This document shows positions 20,679 to 30,283 of a DNA stretch of 37,799 nt, in pieces. The DNA is taken from NCBI GenBank assembly GCA_903913355.1, contig CAIWKU010000376.1, forward strand, positions 1 through 37,799. Direction: 5' to 3'. The translations under genes were made by a program, and so were the position numbers. Within the stretch, counting starts at the first letter, position 1; the number at the start of each line of letters is the position of its first letter. The stretch is from an uncultured Bacteroidota bacterium (GTDB taxonomy: Bacteria; Bacteroidota; Bacteroidia; Chitinophagales; Chitinophagaceae). The notes under the pieces were generated by a model. It searched no databases. It saw only the letters and a program-made list of their open reading frames with translations, and was not told where the DNA came from.

Positions 20679-20686
20679 TATTTTTG
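20679..20686 (+). promoter_or_regulatory. Bacteroidota -7 promoter element for the MATE gene
   Basis: TATTTTTG matches TAnnTTTG and lies about 165 nt upstream of ATG 20851. Confidence 0.45.
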
Positions 20687-20850
20687 GTCCGCAAGAGTTC
20701 ATCCATAACAAGATCTTCCAGTTCAATTTACCGCCAATGAGCAGTGTATCCGTGCCCGGGTTATAATTCATCCCGGCCATTCCCGACATCATAATTACAA
20801 CAGACTGGCTGTTGTAATAACTGCTTATTTCATCATCTAACTATTTTCTC

Positions 20851-22245
20851 ATGACTACTTATCCAAACGATAAGCGTTCCCGAAATATATTGTCCTATTT
20901 CAAAGAATCCCTGAACAGCGAACACCAGGACTTTACACAAGGGAGCATACAAAAAGCCATATTCATGCTGGCCGTTCCCATGATCCTGGAAATGTGTATG
21001 GAATCTGTTTTTGCGGTGGTAGATATCTTTTTTGTAACCAAACTGGGTGCCAATGCAACGGCAACCGTTGGCTTAACAGAATCTATCCTAAGTATTTTAT
21101 ATTCTCTCGCTTTTGGTTTAAGTATGGCAGCATCGGCCATGGTAGCCAGAAGAGTAGGGGAAAAGAATTATTCCGACGCGGCAAAATCCGGCGCACAAGC
21201 CATTTTTCTGGCAGGGATCATTAGTCTGGTCATTAGCCTGATAGGAATATTTTTCTCAGATAAGTTACTGGCATTAATGGGTGCCAATGCAGCCATCCTT
21301 TCTATCGGAAGTTCTTATGCAAAAATTATGCTTACCGGAAATATCGTGATCATGCTCTTGTTCCTGATCAACGGTATATTTCGCGGAGCGGGTGATGCTG
21401 CTATTGCCATGCGTAGTTTATGGGTGGCCAATCTTTGTAATATCATTCTTTGTCCCATTATGATTCATTTTTATGGATTACCCGGCGCAGCCATTGCCAC
21501 TACTATTGGCAGAGGCACAGGCGTCTGTTACCAGGTATATCATTTGTACAATAAAAAAGGAATTATCAATATTCTTCGCCGCTATTTTATACCTAACCCT
21601 ATTATCCTGAAATCTTTATTGAATATTGCTTCTACTGCCACGCTTCAGTTTCTGATTGGTTCCGCCAGTTGGATTGCAATGGCCAGAATCATTTCGGGTT
21701 TTGGCAGCAATGCGATTGCGGGATATACCATTGCGATTCGTTTACTGATCTTTTTTCTGATGCCTGCATGGGGATTGAGCAATGCAGCGGCTACCTTGGT
21801 TGGACAAAACCTGGGCGCCCATCAACCCGAGCGTGCAGAAAAATCGGTATGGACAACCGCTAAATACAATGCGATTTTTATGGGTTGTGTGTCTTTACTT
21901 TTTATTACTTCTGCCGAATTTTTTGTGGGATTATTGACAAGCAATACAGAAGTAATCAAAACAGCGGTGATTGCCTTACGCATTGTAAGTTGCGGATATA
22001 TTTTTTATGGGGTGGGTATGGTGATGATGAACGCATTCAATGGTGCCGGAGATAGCAAAACACCTACCTGGATCAATCTGTTTTGGTTCTGGATATTTCA
22101 GATTCCTTTTGCGTATCTGTTAAGTGGCTATACCAGTCTCGGCTCTACGGGTGTATTTGTGGCGATAGTAGTAACCGAAACATGTATAACCATCAGCAGT
22201 GTTATCCTGTTTAAAAAAGCAAAATGGAAAACGGTGAAAGTATAA
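20851..22245 (+). CDS. MATE family efflux transporter
   Basis: LAVPMILEM, VDIFFV, RGAGD, GLSNAAATLVGQNLGA and NGAGDSKTP; about 12 transmembrane segments. Confidence 0.94.
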   Translation: MTTYPNDKRSRNILSYFKESLNSEHQDFTQGSIQKAIFMLAVPMILEMCMESVFAVVDIFFVTKLGANATATVGLTESILSILYSLAFGLSMAASAMVARRVGEKNYSDAAKSGAQAIFLAGIISLVISLIGIFFSDKLLALMGANAAILSIGSSYAKIMLTGNIVIMLLFLINGIFRGAGDAAIAMRSLWVANLCNIILCPIMIHFYGLPGAAIATTIGRGTGVCYQVYHLYNKKGIINILRRYFIPNPIILKSLLNIASTATLQFLIGSASWIAMARIISGFGSNAIAGYTIAIRLLIFFLMPAWGLSNAAATLVGQNLGAHQPERAEKSVWTTAKYNAIFMGCVSLLFITSAEFFVGLLTSNTEVIKTAVIALRIVSCGYIFYGVGMVMMNAFNGAGDSKTPTWINLFWFWIFQIPFAYLLSGYTSLGSTGVFVAIVVTETCITISSVILFKKAKWKTVKV

Positions 22246-22320
22246 TCATTTGAGTTCCCCTTTTGTATAGAAAGCATAAAAATCCGTTGATTCAACCGGA
22301 TGCCATACCCTGTTTCCACT

Positions 22321-22328
22321 TACATTTG
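22321..22328 (+). promoter_or_regulatory. Bacteroidota -7 promoter element
   Basis: TACATTTG, 16 nt upstream of ATG 22345. Confidence 0.55.
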
Positions 22329-22344
22329 TATTTAATCAATTAGA

Positions 22345-23310
22345 ATGCCTGTATTACCCAAACCTGATTACCAACCACCTTCCTGGCAGTTTAATGCGCA
22401 TATACAAACGATTTATCCGAGTGTTATGCGGAAAATTAAATTCGCGTATGACAGAAGAGAAAGACTAGACCTGCCGGATGGCGATTTTGTTGATCTGGAT
22501 TGGAAACAACACAAAGGCAATAACCGGAAACTGGTTATCATTACCCATGGTCTGGAAGGAGATTCGAACCGACATTATGTAGTGGGTACTGCAAAAGTGT
22601 TTTTTCAAAATGGATATGATGCCTTAGGATGGAATTGCAGAAGTTGCAGTGGCGAGATCAATCGTCTGGCTCGCTTTTATCATCATGGCGATACGAGCGA
22701 TCTCAGGAAAGTGATTGATCATGCAATTCATACATACGGATATGAAGAGATCGTATTAGTAGGCTATAGTATGGGAGGTAGTTTGAGTTTGCGGGTATTA
22801 GGAGAAGATCCTTTATCGGTTCCTGCCCAAATCAAAAAAGCCATTGCCTTTTCTGTTCCCTGCGATTTATTATCGAGTGTTCAGTTATTATCAAAGCCCC
22901 ATAACACCTTATATAATGCACGATTCCTTCGAAAACTAGGCAAAAAGATAAAAGAGAAAGAAAAAAAATTCCCCGGCCAAATCAGTGCAGAAGGGTATGA
23001 TAAAATCAAACATTTCCTGGATTTTGATAATCGCTATTCTGCCCCCTTGCATGGTTTTACAGATGCAATTGATTTTTATACCCAGGCCAGCGTAAAACCT
23101 TTTCTCAAAAATATTCGGGTGCCTTCTTTATTGGTACAGGCATTGAATGATACGTTTCTGTCGGAGGAATGTATCTGTTACGAAGAGGCAGAAAACAATC
23201 CATTTCTTTTTTTGGAGACACCCGAGAAAGGAGCGCATTGCGGATTTATGCTGCCCGGCAGCGAATTCTCCTGGGCCGAATTGAGGGCCCTGGATTTTGC
23301 TATCAGCTAA
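22345..23310 (+). CDS. YheT-family alpha/beta hydrolase (esterase)
   Basis: NAHIQTI, LPDGDFVDLDW, HGLEGDS, nucleophile GYSMGG, ALNDTF and GAHCGF. Confidence 0.9.
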   Translation: MPVLPKPDYQPPSWQFNAHIQTIYPSVMRKIKFAYDRRERLDLPDGDFVDLDWKQHKGNNRKLVIITHGLEGDSNRHYVVGTAKVFFQNGYDALGWNCRSCSGEINRLARFYHHGDTSDLRKVIDHAIHTYGYEEIVLVGYSMGGSLSLRVLGEDPLSVPAQIKKAIAFSVPCDLLSSVQLLSKPHNTLYNARFLRKLGKKIKEKEKKFPGQISAEGYDKIKHFLDFDNRYSAPLHGFTDAIDFYTQASVKPFLKNIRVPSLLVQALNDTFLSEECICYEEAENNPFLFLETPEKGAHCGFMLPGSEFSWAELRALDFAIS

Positions 23311-23342
23311 CTCGTATTCGGGTTTCAAATCAGCAACCTTTC

Positions 23343-25517
23343 TCAATTCCGTTCTTTATCGAAATAGGCAATGGCCATTTTAATATCTCCATAACTGATA
23401 TTATCCGGAAGATTATCTTTTAGGTTTCTTAGACCCATTCTTCCAAAGCGTTCAACTGCCTGCTTAATCAGTTGCTGCTTTTCTGGTGATACCATGGTAT
23501 CAATATCCAATTCTCCGGTTCCAATATAATAACTCAAATGCGACTCGATTGTATTCAAAGACAATTGTCTTTCTGTTGCAATATCTAACATGGATTTACC
23601 TTCCCTGTATAAATCATAACTAAGCCGCTTAGTATCCGAAGCGCGCTCCTTAGGGGCGGGACCGCGCTTTACAATCTTTTTTGTTTGCTTGAATTCGATG
23701 CGTGTTCCGATACCTCTCTCCATACAAAACTCCTGTATGATCTCTAAAAAGGGGCGCCCATATTTCTCAATTTTAAAAGCACCAAACCCGGATATTTTTG
23801 GCAGATCATCTGCCGTAAGCGGAAGATAGGTGGCCAGATCGAGTAAAGTACTATCACTAAAAATCAGATACGCCGGTACATTTTCTTCATGTGCTATTCT
23901 GTTACGCAACTTCTTCAGGTTTTCAAACAAATCCTTTTCATACGCATGCTGCTGGTAAATAACAGGCTCTTTCACAATATTCACCTGAACAGGGGCCGAC
24001 AGGTATACTTTCTCTCCTTTGAATAATACGCCATCGCTTTTTGCTGTTAATTGCAAAACCGGAAACTCTGTATCGGTTGGCTGCAGATAACCATATTGCA
24101 CCAGCTCCTTTACATAATGTAACCACTCTTCTTTGGGCTTGTCTTTACCAATACCATACACCGATAACTGTTTATGCGATTCCCTTATTTTCTCACTATT
24201 ACTTCCTCTCAAGATATCTACTATATAGCGCATCCCGAATCCCTGTTTGATTCGATATACCGCACTTAATATTTTCTGGGCAATAATGGTGCAATCTTCT
24301 AAATCCTCCGGCTTACTCAAACAGGTATCACAGCTTCCACAATAGTCCGGGGCATCTTCTCCAAAATAATTGAGCAGGTATTTTCTGCGGCATTTTTTGG
24401 TTTCGCAAAACTGTACCATCTGGTCCAGTTTTTTCAGTAGAATTTTTGTCTGCTCCGGATTATCTTCTACCTGAGCAAACCCTTTTAGTTTCATCACATC
24501 TCCCGCACCAAAAAATAAAACAGCTTCACTATGCAAACCATCACGCCCGGCTCTTCCCGTTTCCTGGTAATAGCCTTCCATGTTCTTGGGCAAATCGGCA
24601 TGAATTACAAAACGTACATTACTCTTATTGATGCCCATCCCAAATGCAATGGTAGCCACCATGATTCGGATATCATCTTTCAAAAATTTATCCTGTCGCT
24701 CATCTCTTACCAACTTGTCCAATCCGGCATGATAGGCTTCTGCTAGAAATCCATCCGCTTTCAGATCATTTGCCAGTTTATCGGTAGCAGCCCTGCTCAA
24801 ACAATAAATAATACCGCTGTCTTCAGCATGTTCAGAAAGATACTCGGTAATGGCTTCGTAATATCCCCGCTTAGGTTTTACATAATAATAAATATTGGGG
24901 CGGTTAAAGCTATTTTCAAAAACACGATACTGTGTCAGATGAAGCTGCTGAATAATATCATTTCTCGTAAGCGAATCTGCCGTTGCGGTTAATGCGATTA
25001 ATGGGATAGCAGGAAAAAAATCTTTTAATTGACTCAAGCCACGGTACTCCGGTCTGAAATCATGCCCCCACTGACTAATACAATGCGCTTCATCAATCGC
25101 AAAAAGCGAAACCTTTATCTCCTGTAGAAACCGAAGAAACTGCATATCTTCTGCAATCAGTCTTTCCGGTGCCAAGTATAATAACTTAAGTTCATTTCTT
25201 CTCAACTGCCCCAATATAAAAGATTGCTCTCCTCCGGATTGGGTACTATTCAAAAATGCAGCACTTACACCACTTAATACCAAGGCATCTACCTGGTCTT
25301 TCATTAACGCGATCAATGGACTAACCACGATCGTAACCCCCGGTAAACATAATGCGGGAACCTGGTAACAAAGACTTTTTCCTCCGCCGGTAGGCATTAA
25401 TACAACGGCATCTTTGCCGCTTAATAAATGCGTGATGATCTCTTCCTGGTTATGCCTGAATTCGGTATAGCCAAAAACAGATTCGAGTATATGATGTGGT
25501 GATTGACTGCTTCTCAT
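23343..25517 (-). CDS. recQ: ATP-dependent DNA helicase RecQ (helicase core, RQC, HRDC, C-terminal HTH)
   Basis: [52 protein letters not shown], Zn cysteines CRR...CGSCDTC and [13 protein letters not shown]. Start taken at ATG 25517. Confidence 0.97.
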   Translation of the reverse strand: MRSSQSPHHILESVFGYTEFRHNQEEIITHLLSGKDAVVLMPTGGGKSLCYQVPALCLPGVTIVVSPLIALMKDQVDALVLSGVSAAFLNSTQSGGEQSFILGQLRRNELKLLYLAPERLIAEDMQFLRFLQEIKVSLFAIDEAHCISQWGHDFRPEYRGLSQLKDFFPAIPLIALTATADSLTRNDIIQQLHLTQYRVFENSFNRPNIYYYVKPKRGYYEAITEYLSEHAEDSGIIYCLSRAATDKLANDLKADGFLAEAYHAGLDKLVRDERQDKFLKDDIRIMVATIAFGMGINKSNVRFVIHADLPKNMEGYYQETGRAGRDGLHSEAVLFFGAGDVMKLKGFAQVEDNPEQTKILLKKLDQMVQFCETKKCRRKYLLNYFGEDAPDYCGSCDTCLSKPEDLEDCTIIAQKILSAVYRIKQGFGMRYIVDILRGSNSEKIRESHKQLSVYGIGKDKPKEEWLHYVKELVQYGYLQPTDTEFPVLQLTAKSDGVLFKGEKVYLSAPVQVNIVKEPVIYQQHAYEKDLFENLKKLRNRIAHEENVPAYLIFSDSTLLDLATYLPLTADDLPKISGFGAFKIEKYGRPFLEIIQEFCMERGIGTRIEFKQTKKIVKRGPAPKERASDTKRLSYDLYREGKSMLDIATERQLSLNTIESHLSYYIGTGELDIDTMVSPEKQQLIKQAVERFGRMGLRNLKDNLPDNISYGDIKMAIAYFDKERN

Positions 25518-25655
25518 GCCCTGATAATCTCTTACAAACCCTTGCTTTTGATAAAAGCACAATATACCCCGGTTCTTGTATTTACAAACAGGTATTTACA
25601 CGCAATATTAGGAGGAAATAATTCAAAGGTTCCGCAAGAATTGCAGATAGTAAAA

Positions 25656-26591
25656 TTAGAGAATCGTTTTATCCATTTTCGACATCCGAACCGTTTTCTC
25701 TCTTCGGATCGTTTCTGTTCCTTCTGTCGGAAAATCTTCGGCCTGTAATGCTATGCGTCGGGTAATATCATTCAGGGAGGAAAGTCGCTGAACCGTATAG
25801 GGTATGGTGTCCAGTCCCGAAACAAATTTTAATATATATGTATAGATCCCTACGATATTACCAGCCAGGATGGTGTTTCCCATTACCCGATGTGTCAATA
25901 CCAGTGAAATCGCAATGATTCCCATTACCATAAATTCCATGATCCCAAAATTCCAGGCTTCCTGGTCACTGATCCGGATCTGCCAGTGTCGCAGGTTATT
26001 AAAATGTTTGAAGATGGCTTTTTTATCGCCCGATGAAATGATATCTACCTGCTGTTCCAGTTCATCATTCTTGAGCCGGTTCAATCGTTTCATTCTTTTT
26101 CCATAGATATAACTGATGCCCATTACCGGAAGTAAAATGGCCAGACATAATAATACCACCGACCGGTCATAGAAATACAATAACACGATGGAGCCCAGCA
26201 AATTGTATAATGCCTCAATTACATACACCAGATCAAACTCAAGAAAATCAACAAACTCCCGAGCCAGTGTAGAGTGTGCACTTAGTTTAGATACTTCCGA
26301 TTTATCAATTCTGCGTGATAAAAAACGGGTTACCAAAGACGTATAAATGGCCGAATAGGTTCTGGTATCATAGCGATGTCGCAATGTACCTACAATCAAC
26401 CATGCCAGATGTACGCCGGATAATACAATCAATCCGCGATAGCTTCCTTTTATCAGGTCATTGATTGCTTCTCCCAGAAAAAATGGGCGCAATAAAGATC
26501 CAAGCATCTCTAAAGAAAACAATACATAAGTAATCACCAGCTGGGTGCGGTGCTTTTGCATTAGTTTTCGTATGATCTCAAATCTTGACAT
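25656..26591 (-). CDS. Stand-alone ABC-transporter-type six-transmembrane domain protein (ABC_membrane_3-like), no ATPase domain
   Basis: LRPFFLGEAINDL, RHRYDTRTYSAIY, LAREFVDFLE and LKNDELEQQV. No Walker A/B motif in its 311 aa. Confidence 0.75.
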   Translation of the reverse strand: MSRFEIIRKLMQKHRTQLVITYVLFSLEMLGSLLRPFFLGEAINDLIKGSYRGLIVLSGVHLAWLIVGTLRHRYDTRTYSAIYTSLVTRFLSRRIDKSEVSKLSAHSTLAREFVDFLEFDLVYVIEALYNLLGSIVLLYFYDRSVVLLCLAILLPVMGISYIYGKRMKRLNRLKNDELEQQVDIISSGDKKAIFKHFNNLRHWQIRISDQEAWNFGIMEFMVMGIIAISLVLTHRVMGNTILAGNIVGIYTYILKFVSGLDTIPYTVQRLSSLNDITRRIALQAEDFPTEGTETIRREKTVRMSKMDKTIL

Positions 26592-26727
26592 AAGGGAAGC
26601 AGTTCCTGTTTATTCTGATGGCAATTTTAGTGCAAGGTCTAACCCAAGTAATGGATTGCACAAATATTTAACAGTCCCCGAATTGTTAAGGGAGGAGTAA
26701 GTTAACCTATTAAAAAGGGAGCTTCGT

Positions 26728-28164
26728 TTAAGAAATGGTAAAGATTTCCCGGGCAGTTACAGAATTGCCTGTTTTTCCGGTGATAAGTCCTCTACAACCC
26801 GGCGCCCCACAGCGGCATTGGAAGGGTTCCATATGTTCATCCAGAAAACTTGCATAATCAAGTGTCAGTTCCTCACCGGGCTGTATCGGCCTTAACGCTA
26901 TCACATTCAATCCGTTATACCCGGTATTGGGCTCACAGCAATGGTTTTGCGGTGCCCAGGCCGATGGGTCATTATCCCAAAGCAGGAATACTTCATTGCT
27001 TAACGGGTAGGCATATCGACGAAATACCTGTTTTTCGGCCTCAGACCAGTTTTCTTCTACAAAACGGCGGGTAACCAGTCTTTGTGCCATTTGTTCCCCG
27101 TGGAACAGGATTTCGCCGGCAGCGATTGCCTTTTTGGCATAAATACCATAACCGGCAATGGCGTTTCCACGCATTATATATTTTTTTTGTACCCGCTCGT
27201 GACGGGCAATTCCTTCTGCAATCATGTGTCGTAAAAAGTCGGCCTGACCAATTCCATCCTGTTGCAATATATAATCGGCTGATCCTTCGTATCCATCACT
27301 ATAAAAAACCGAGCAGGTAAAATTGATCTCCAGAAAATACAATTCTCCTTTTGCATTCATCCTGAAATCGAGACGGCCATAACCCACCCCATTAAACGCA
27401 GTAAAGATTTTTTGTGCAGATTGACGTAATAGATTGTCGATTACCGGATCATTACAGGGAATATTCGCATCGGGATGTAATTCGGAAGTTTTCAGCGAAT
27501 AGGTTTTAAAATGAAACCCTTCCGGGAAAATATATTCAATGGGTTTAAATGCAGTTACCGTTTTACCATCTGCATTGGCAGCCACCAAAACAGTAAATTC
27601 TCTTCCATCTATATATTCTTCCGCAAGCAGCTGGTCGTAATTTTCCAGTAAAGCATTTACTTTGGCCAATAGTTCTTCCTGGGTATGCACCAGGGATTGA
27701 TCATCTATTCCCAAACTATCTCCCGCTTTGGCTGGTTTTATAAAAACAGGGAATGATAAAAGAGAAACTACGGCATTAATATCTTCTGTTTTTTCAATCA
27801 ATACATACGCCGGTGTTTTTACGCCTTCGCAATACGCAACATATTTCATCAGCTCTTTCGGAGGGTCGTATAACAGCATAGAAGGCCCGGTATACGGCAG
27901 GCCCAATAATTCTAAGGTATAGATCACATCAATAGAAGGCACTTCCCATTCCAGATAGCCTTCGCAAAGGTTTACAAAAATATCATAGCCCTTATGCTGT
28001 AGTGCTTTTAATTGCTTGTAGGTAGTTAATTTATTGAGTGAGATATGGTCTACCTGGTGTTCGGGTAAAAGTGCAGAAAGATTACGCGGAGGATCGTAGT
28101 ATTGGTAATCAACGGCGGTGGTTGAATAATCAGGCTGTAACACACAAACTTTCATAATATTCAT
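26728..28164 (-). CDS. Fusion protein: D-Ala-D-Ala-ligase-like ATP-grasp domain + SET/post-SET methyltransferase domain
   Basis: ATP-grasp: LGLPYTG, FIKPAKAGDSLGI, EEYIDGREFTV, YGRLDFR, LEINF. SET: GYGIYAKKAIAAGE, QNHCCEPN, GEELTLDY, post-SET CRCGAPGC. Confidence 0.88.
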   Translation of the reverse strand: MNIMKVCVLQPDYSTTAVDYQYYDPPRNLSALLPEHQVDHISLNKLTTYKQLKALQHKGYDIFVNLCEGYLEWEVPSIDVIYTLELLGLPYTGPSMLLYDPPKELMKYVAYCEGVKTPAYVLIEKTEDINAVVSLLSFPVFIKPAKAGDSLGIDDQSLVHTQEELLAKVNALLENYDQLLAEEYIDGREFTVLVAANADGKTVTAFKPIEYIFPEGFHFKTYSLKTSELHPDANIPCNDPVIDNLLRQSAQKIFTAFNGVGYGRLDFRMNAKGELYFLEINFTCSVFYSDGYEGSADYILQQDGIGQADFLRHMIAEGIARHERVQKKYIMRGNAIAGYGIYAKKAIAAGEILFHGEQMAQRLVTRRFVEENWSEAEKQVFRRYAYPLSNEVFLLWDNDPSAWAPQNHCCEPNTGYNGLNVIALRPIQPGEELTLDYASFLDEHMEPFQCRCGAPGCRGLITGKTGNSVTAREIFTIS

Positions 28165-28262
28165 TGATGAGTTGATCGAAACAACTCTTTGTTTTAGATT
28201 TTCCCTAAACTGAGTCTGCGTATAAACTTACGAATTGACCACAATATCCTGTTTAAAGATCT

Positions 28263-29384
28263 TTATACATATTCTTTTTTTCTGCGGAAAGCATCATTGA
28301 TAATTTCCGTAATCAGGTCAGAGAAAGTGCATCCGCTCATCCTAAGTATCGCACCGATAGACGTATAGTTTTCATCTTCACTGATACCGCATTGTGCATT
28401 TACTTCCAATACAAATAGTTTACCGCTTGCTTTATCCATTCGGATATCTACCCTTGTGTAGCCCGTTCCCTTTACAGCAATATACGCATCCAGACTAATC
28501 TGTTTGATGGCTTTATGGAGAGATGGGTCGGGTAATTGGTATTGATAAAAATCAGCTTCTTCCGGCATGGGTGTCTCTTCTTCATAGATTTCCCATAAAC
28601 GGTCAAAGGATAAAAATTTTTCCGTGTCTTTTAAAGAAGAATGAAATACTCTTTCAACCGGTGTATATATTTTACATAAGTCAGGTTCAGTATAAGAGCC
28701 AACAATCATTACGGTAAACTCAGGACCATCAATAAAAGATTCTGCAATAATGCCATCAGCCGCCAGGTTCCATCCCCGATACCCTTCAAACATACGTTCC
28801 ACCTGGTTAGCTAATTCATCTGTTGTATGAACTACATTTTTAACACCCACGCCCATACTTCCTCCGGAAACAGCCGGTTTTACAATTACCGGCGACCCCA
28901 ATTTTTTGATAATTGTATGAAGATCCTGATCCCTGGTTTGAATGATCTCCCAATTAGGCGTTGCCACTCCGGCTTTTTCAAAAGCCTGTTTCATAGGAAT
29001 CTTGGAAGTCGTGATCCGATAAAAATATTCATCCGAACCCGTATATACCATTCCTTTTTGCTCTAGTAACTGTACAACTGACACACCGGGTGTTCCATTT
29101 ACTTCGTCGCCATCACATAAATTCAGAACCAGTGGAAAATTTTTCAACTCTTCCTGCTCGGTCAATATTTTATCAATAATGATGGGATAATCTTCCAGTG
29201 TTACCGGTTGCCATTGCCAGGCAAGACCCAATTGCTGAAAAGTTTTTTCATACTCAGCAATGCTTTGTGAAAAATCATAATAGTAATCAATATTATCATC
29301 CTGTGTAACCAGGTAAGGGGCCAATACCCATACTTTCAATGCAGCCAAAGGAACAGAGGGAATAAAATCAACTGGGAGCGACAT
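28263..29384 (-). CDS. D-Ala-D-Ala-ligase-like ATP-grasp amide ligase (not a canonical Ddl)
   Basis: VYTGS, SKIPMK, IVKPAVSGGSMGV, ESFIDGPEFTV, YTRVDIR and LEVNAQCG. Lacks the Ddl N-terminal GGxSxEHEVS motif. Confidence 0.85.
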   Translation of the reverse strand: MSLPVDFIPSVPLAALKVWVLAPYLVTQDDNIDYYYDFSQSIAEYEKTFQQLGLAWQWQPVTLEDYPIIIDKILTEQEELKNFPLVLNLCDGDEVNGTPGVSVVQLLEQKGMVYTGSDEYFYRITTSKIPMKQAFEKAGVATPNWEIIQTRDQDLHTIIKKLGSPVIVKPAVSGGSMGVGVKNVVHTTDELANQVERMFEGYRGWNLAADGIIAESFIDGPEFTVMIVGSYTEPDLCKIYTPVERVFHSSLKDTEKFLSFDRLWEIYEEETPMPEEADFYQYQLPDPSLHKAIKQISLDAYIAVKGTGYTRVDIRMDKASGKLFVLEVNAQCGISEDENYTSIGAILRMSGCTFSDLITEIINDAFRRKKEYV

Positions 29385-29389
29385 GTAAA

Positions 29390-29887
29390 TTATTTCTTCG
29401 TTCGTTTTTGCAACTGCTCGTGAATAAAATCGGTTAGTCTGTATTGGGCCGCTTCTGTTTCGGAAAGATGCGCGGCGCCTTTAATTCTATGCAGACAATT
29501 ACTGCTGCTGCAATAACAGTCAAATGGCTGAACCATATCCCATTCGGTAGAAGGATAAAAGAATAACAATTCATCCCCCGGTTGTATTTCTTTTAATGCT
29601 ACCAGTTCCATCGTAGTGGTATTAAAAAAAACATTGGGGTTACAGCTATGGTTGATGTATTGTAAAAACTCGGGTTGTAAAGTAATATGCCTGTTCTCTC
29701 CTGTTTGAACCGTCAGATAGGTTGGCAATTCCAATACCTGGTCCGCAGCAAAACAGCAGATGGTTTCTTCCTTATCAAAAAAAGCAGTCGCGTGTAATGA
29801 TTTTTCGCCTGTAACGGAGTTTTGCATAATGTCAGCAAAACCGTGTTTGCTTAGCATAGTATATGCCGTTGTAAGTGCTTTTATCAT
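29390..29887 (-). CDS. Stand-alone SET domain methyltransferase with post-SET cysteines
   Basis: YINHSCNPN, GDELLFFY and CYCSSSNC. Its stop lies 5 nt upstream of the ATP-grasp start. Confidence 0.88.
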   Translation of the reverse strand: MIKALTTAYTMLSKHGFADIMQNSVTGEKSLHATAFFDKEETICCFAADQVLELPTYLTVQTGENRHITLQPEFLQYINHSCNPNVFFNTTTMELVALKEIQPGDELLFFYPSTEWDMVQPFDCYCSSSNCLHRIKGAAHLSETEAAQYRLTDFIHEQLQKRTKK

Positions 29888-30232
29888 AATGCTTTGAATG
29901 GTGTTAGTGGAATAAGTTTAAATTTCAATAAAATAAAGAAGCTTATTAAATTTCTAAGCCTTTAATACTCCACATTTCAGCCTTAATTGTTAACAGATTT
30001 GGCAATCAGTAACAGAAGTAAAACAATATTCCCCCATTTCATTTTTAACTGCTTTATAAGATAACTCAGTTTGTTTTATAAAAATTGGGTGTTTTAACGG
30101 TTGTCTGGTTTTGTTCCCATCATTAATTTAGTAATCCGATTATGCGTAGGTATATCCATTAATCATAACTGGTTAGTATAAAATACCCCCCAATGGATAC
30201 TTGATTAGTTGGCTCTGTAATTATCTGTTATC

Positions 30233-30260
30233 TGATAAAATGGCCCCCAACATTTTATCA
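30233..30260. promoter_or_regulatory. Perfect 10-bp inverted repeat (putative operator or 5' hairpin) upstream of the response regulator
   Basis: tgataaaatg-N8-cattttatca, ending 23 nt before ATG 30284. Confidence 0.4.
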
Positions 30261-30283
30261 TCTTGGTTACCAAAACTGCTGGC

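Noticed and set aside
26728-29384. Calling the ATP-grasp genes ddl or a van glycopeptide-resistance cluster
   Set aside because: They lack the Ddl N-terminal motif, there are no vanH/vanX/vanS or mur neighbours, and the context is SET methyltransferases.
29983-30042. 19-aa minus-strand ORF MKWGNIVLLLLLIAKSVNN as a RiPP precursor for the ATP-grasp cluster
   Set aside because: It is very short, lies in AT-rich spacer DNA and has no Asp/Glu acceptor residues or graspetide-like leader or core. The ligases are Ddl-like rather than RimK/MvdD-like. It would need conservation or Ribo-seq support.
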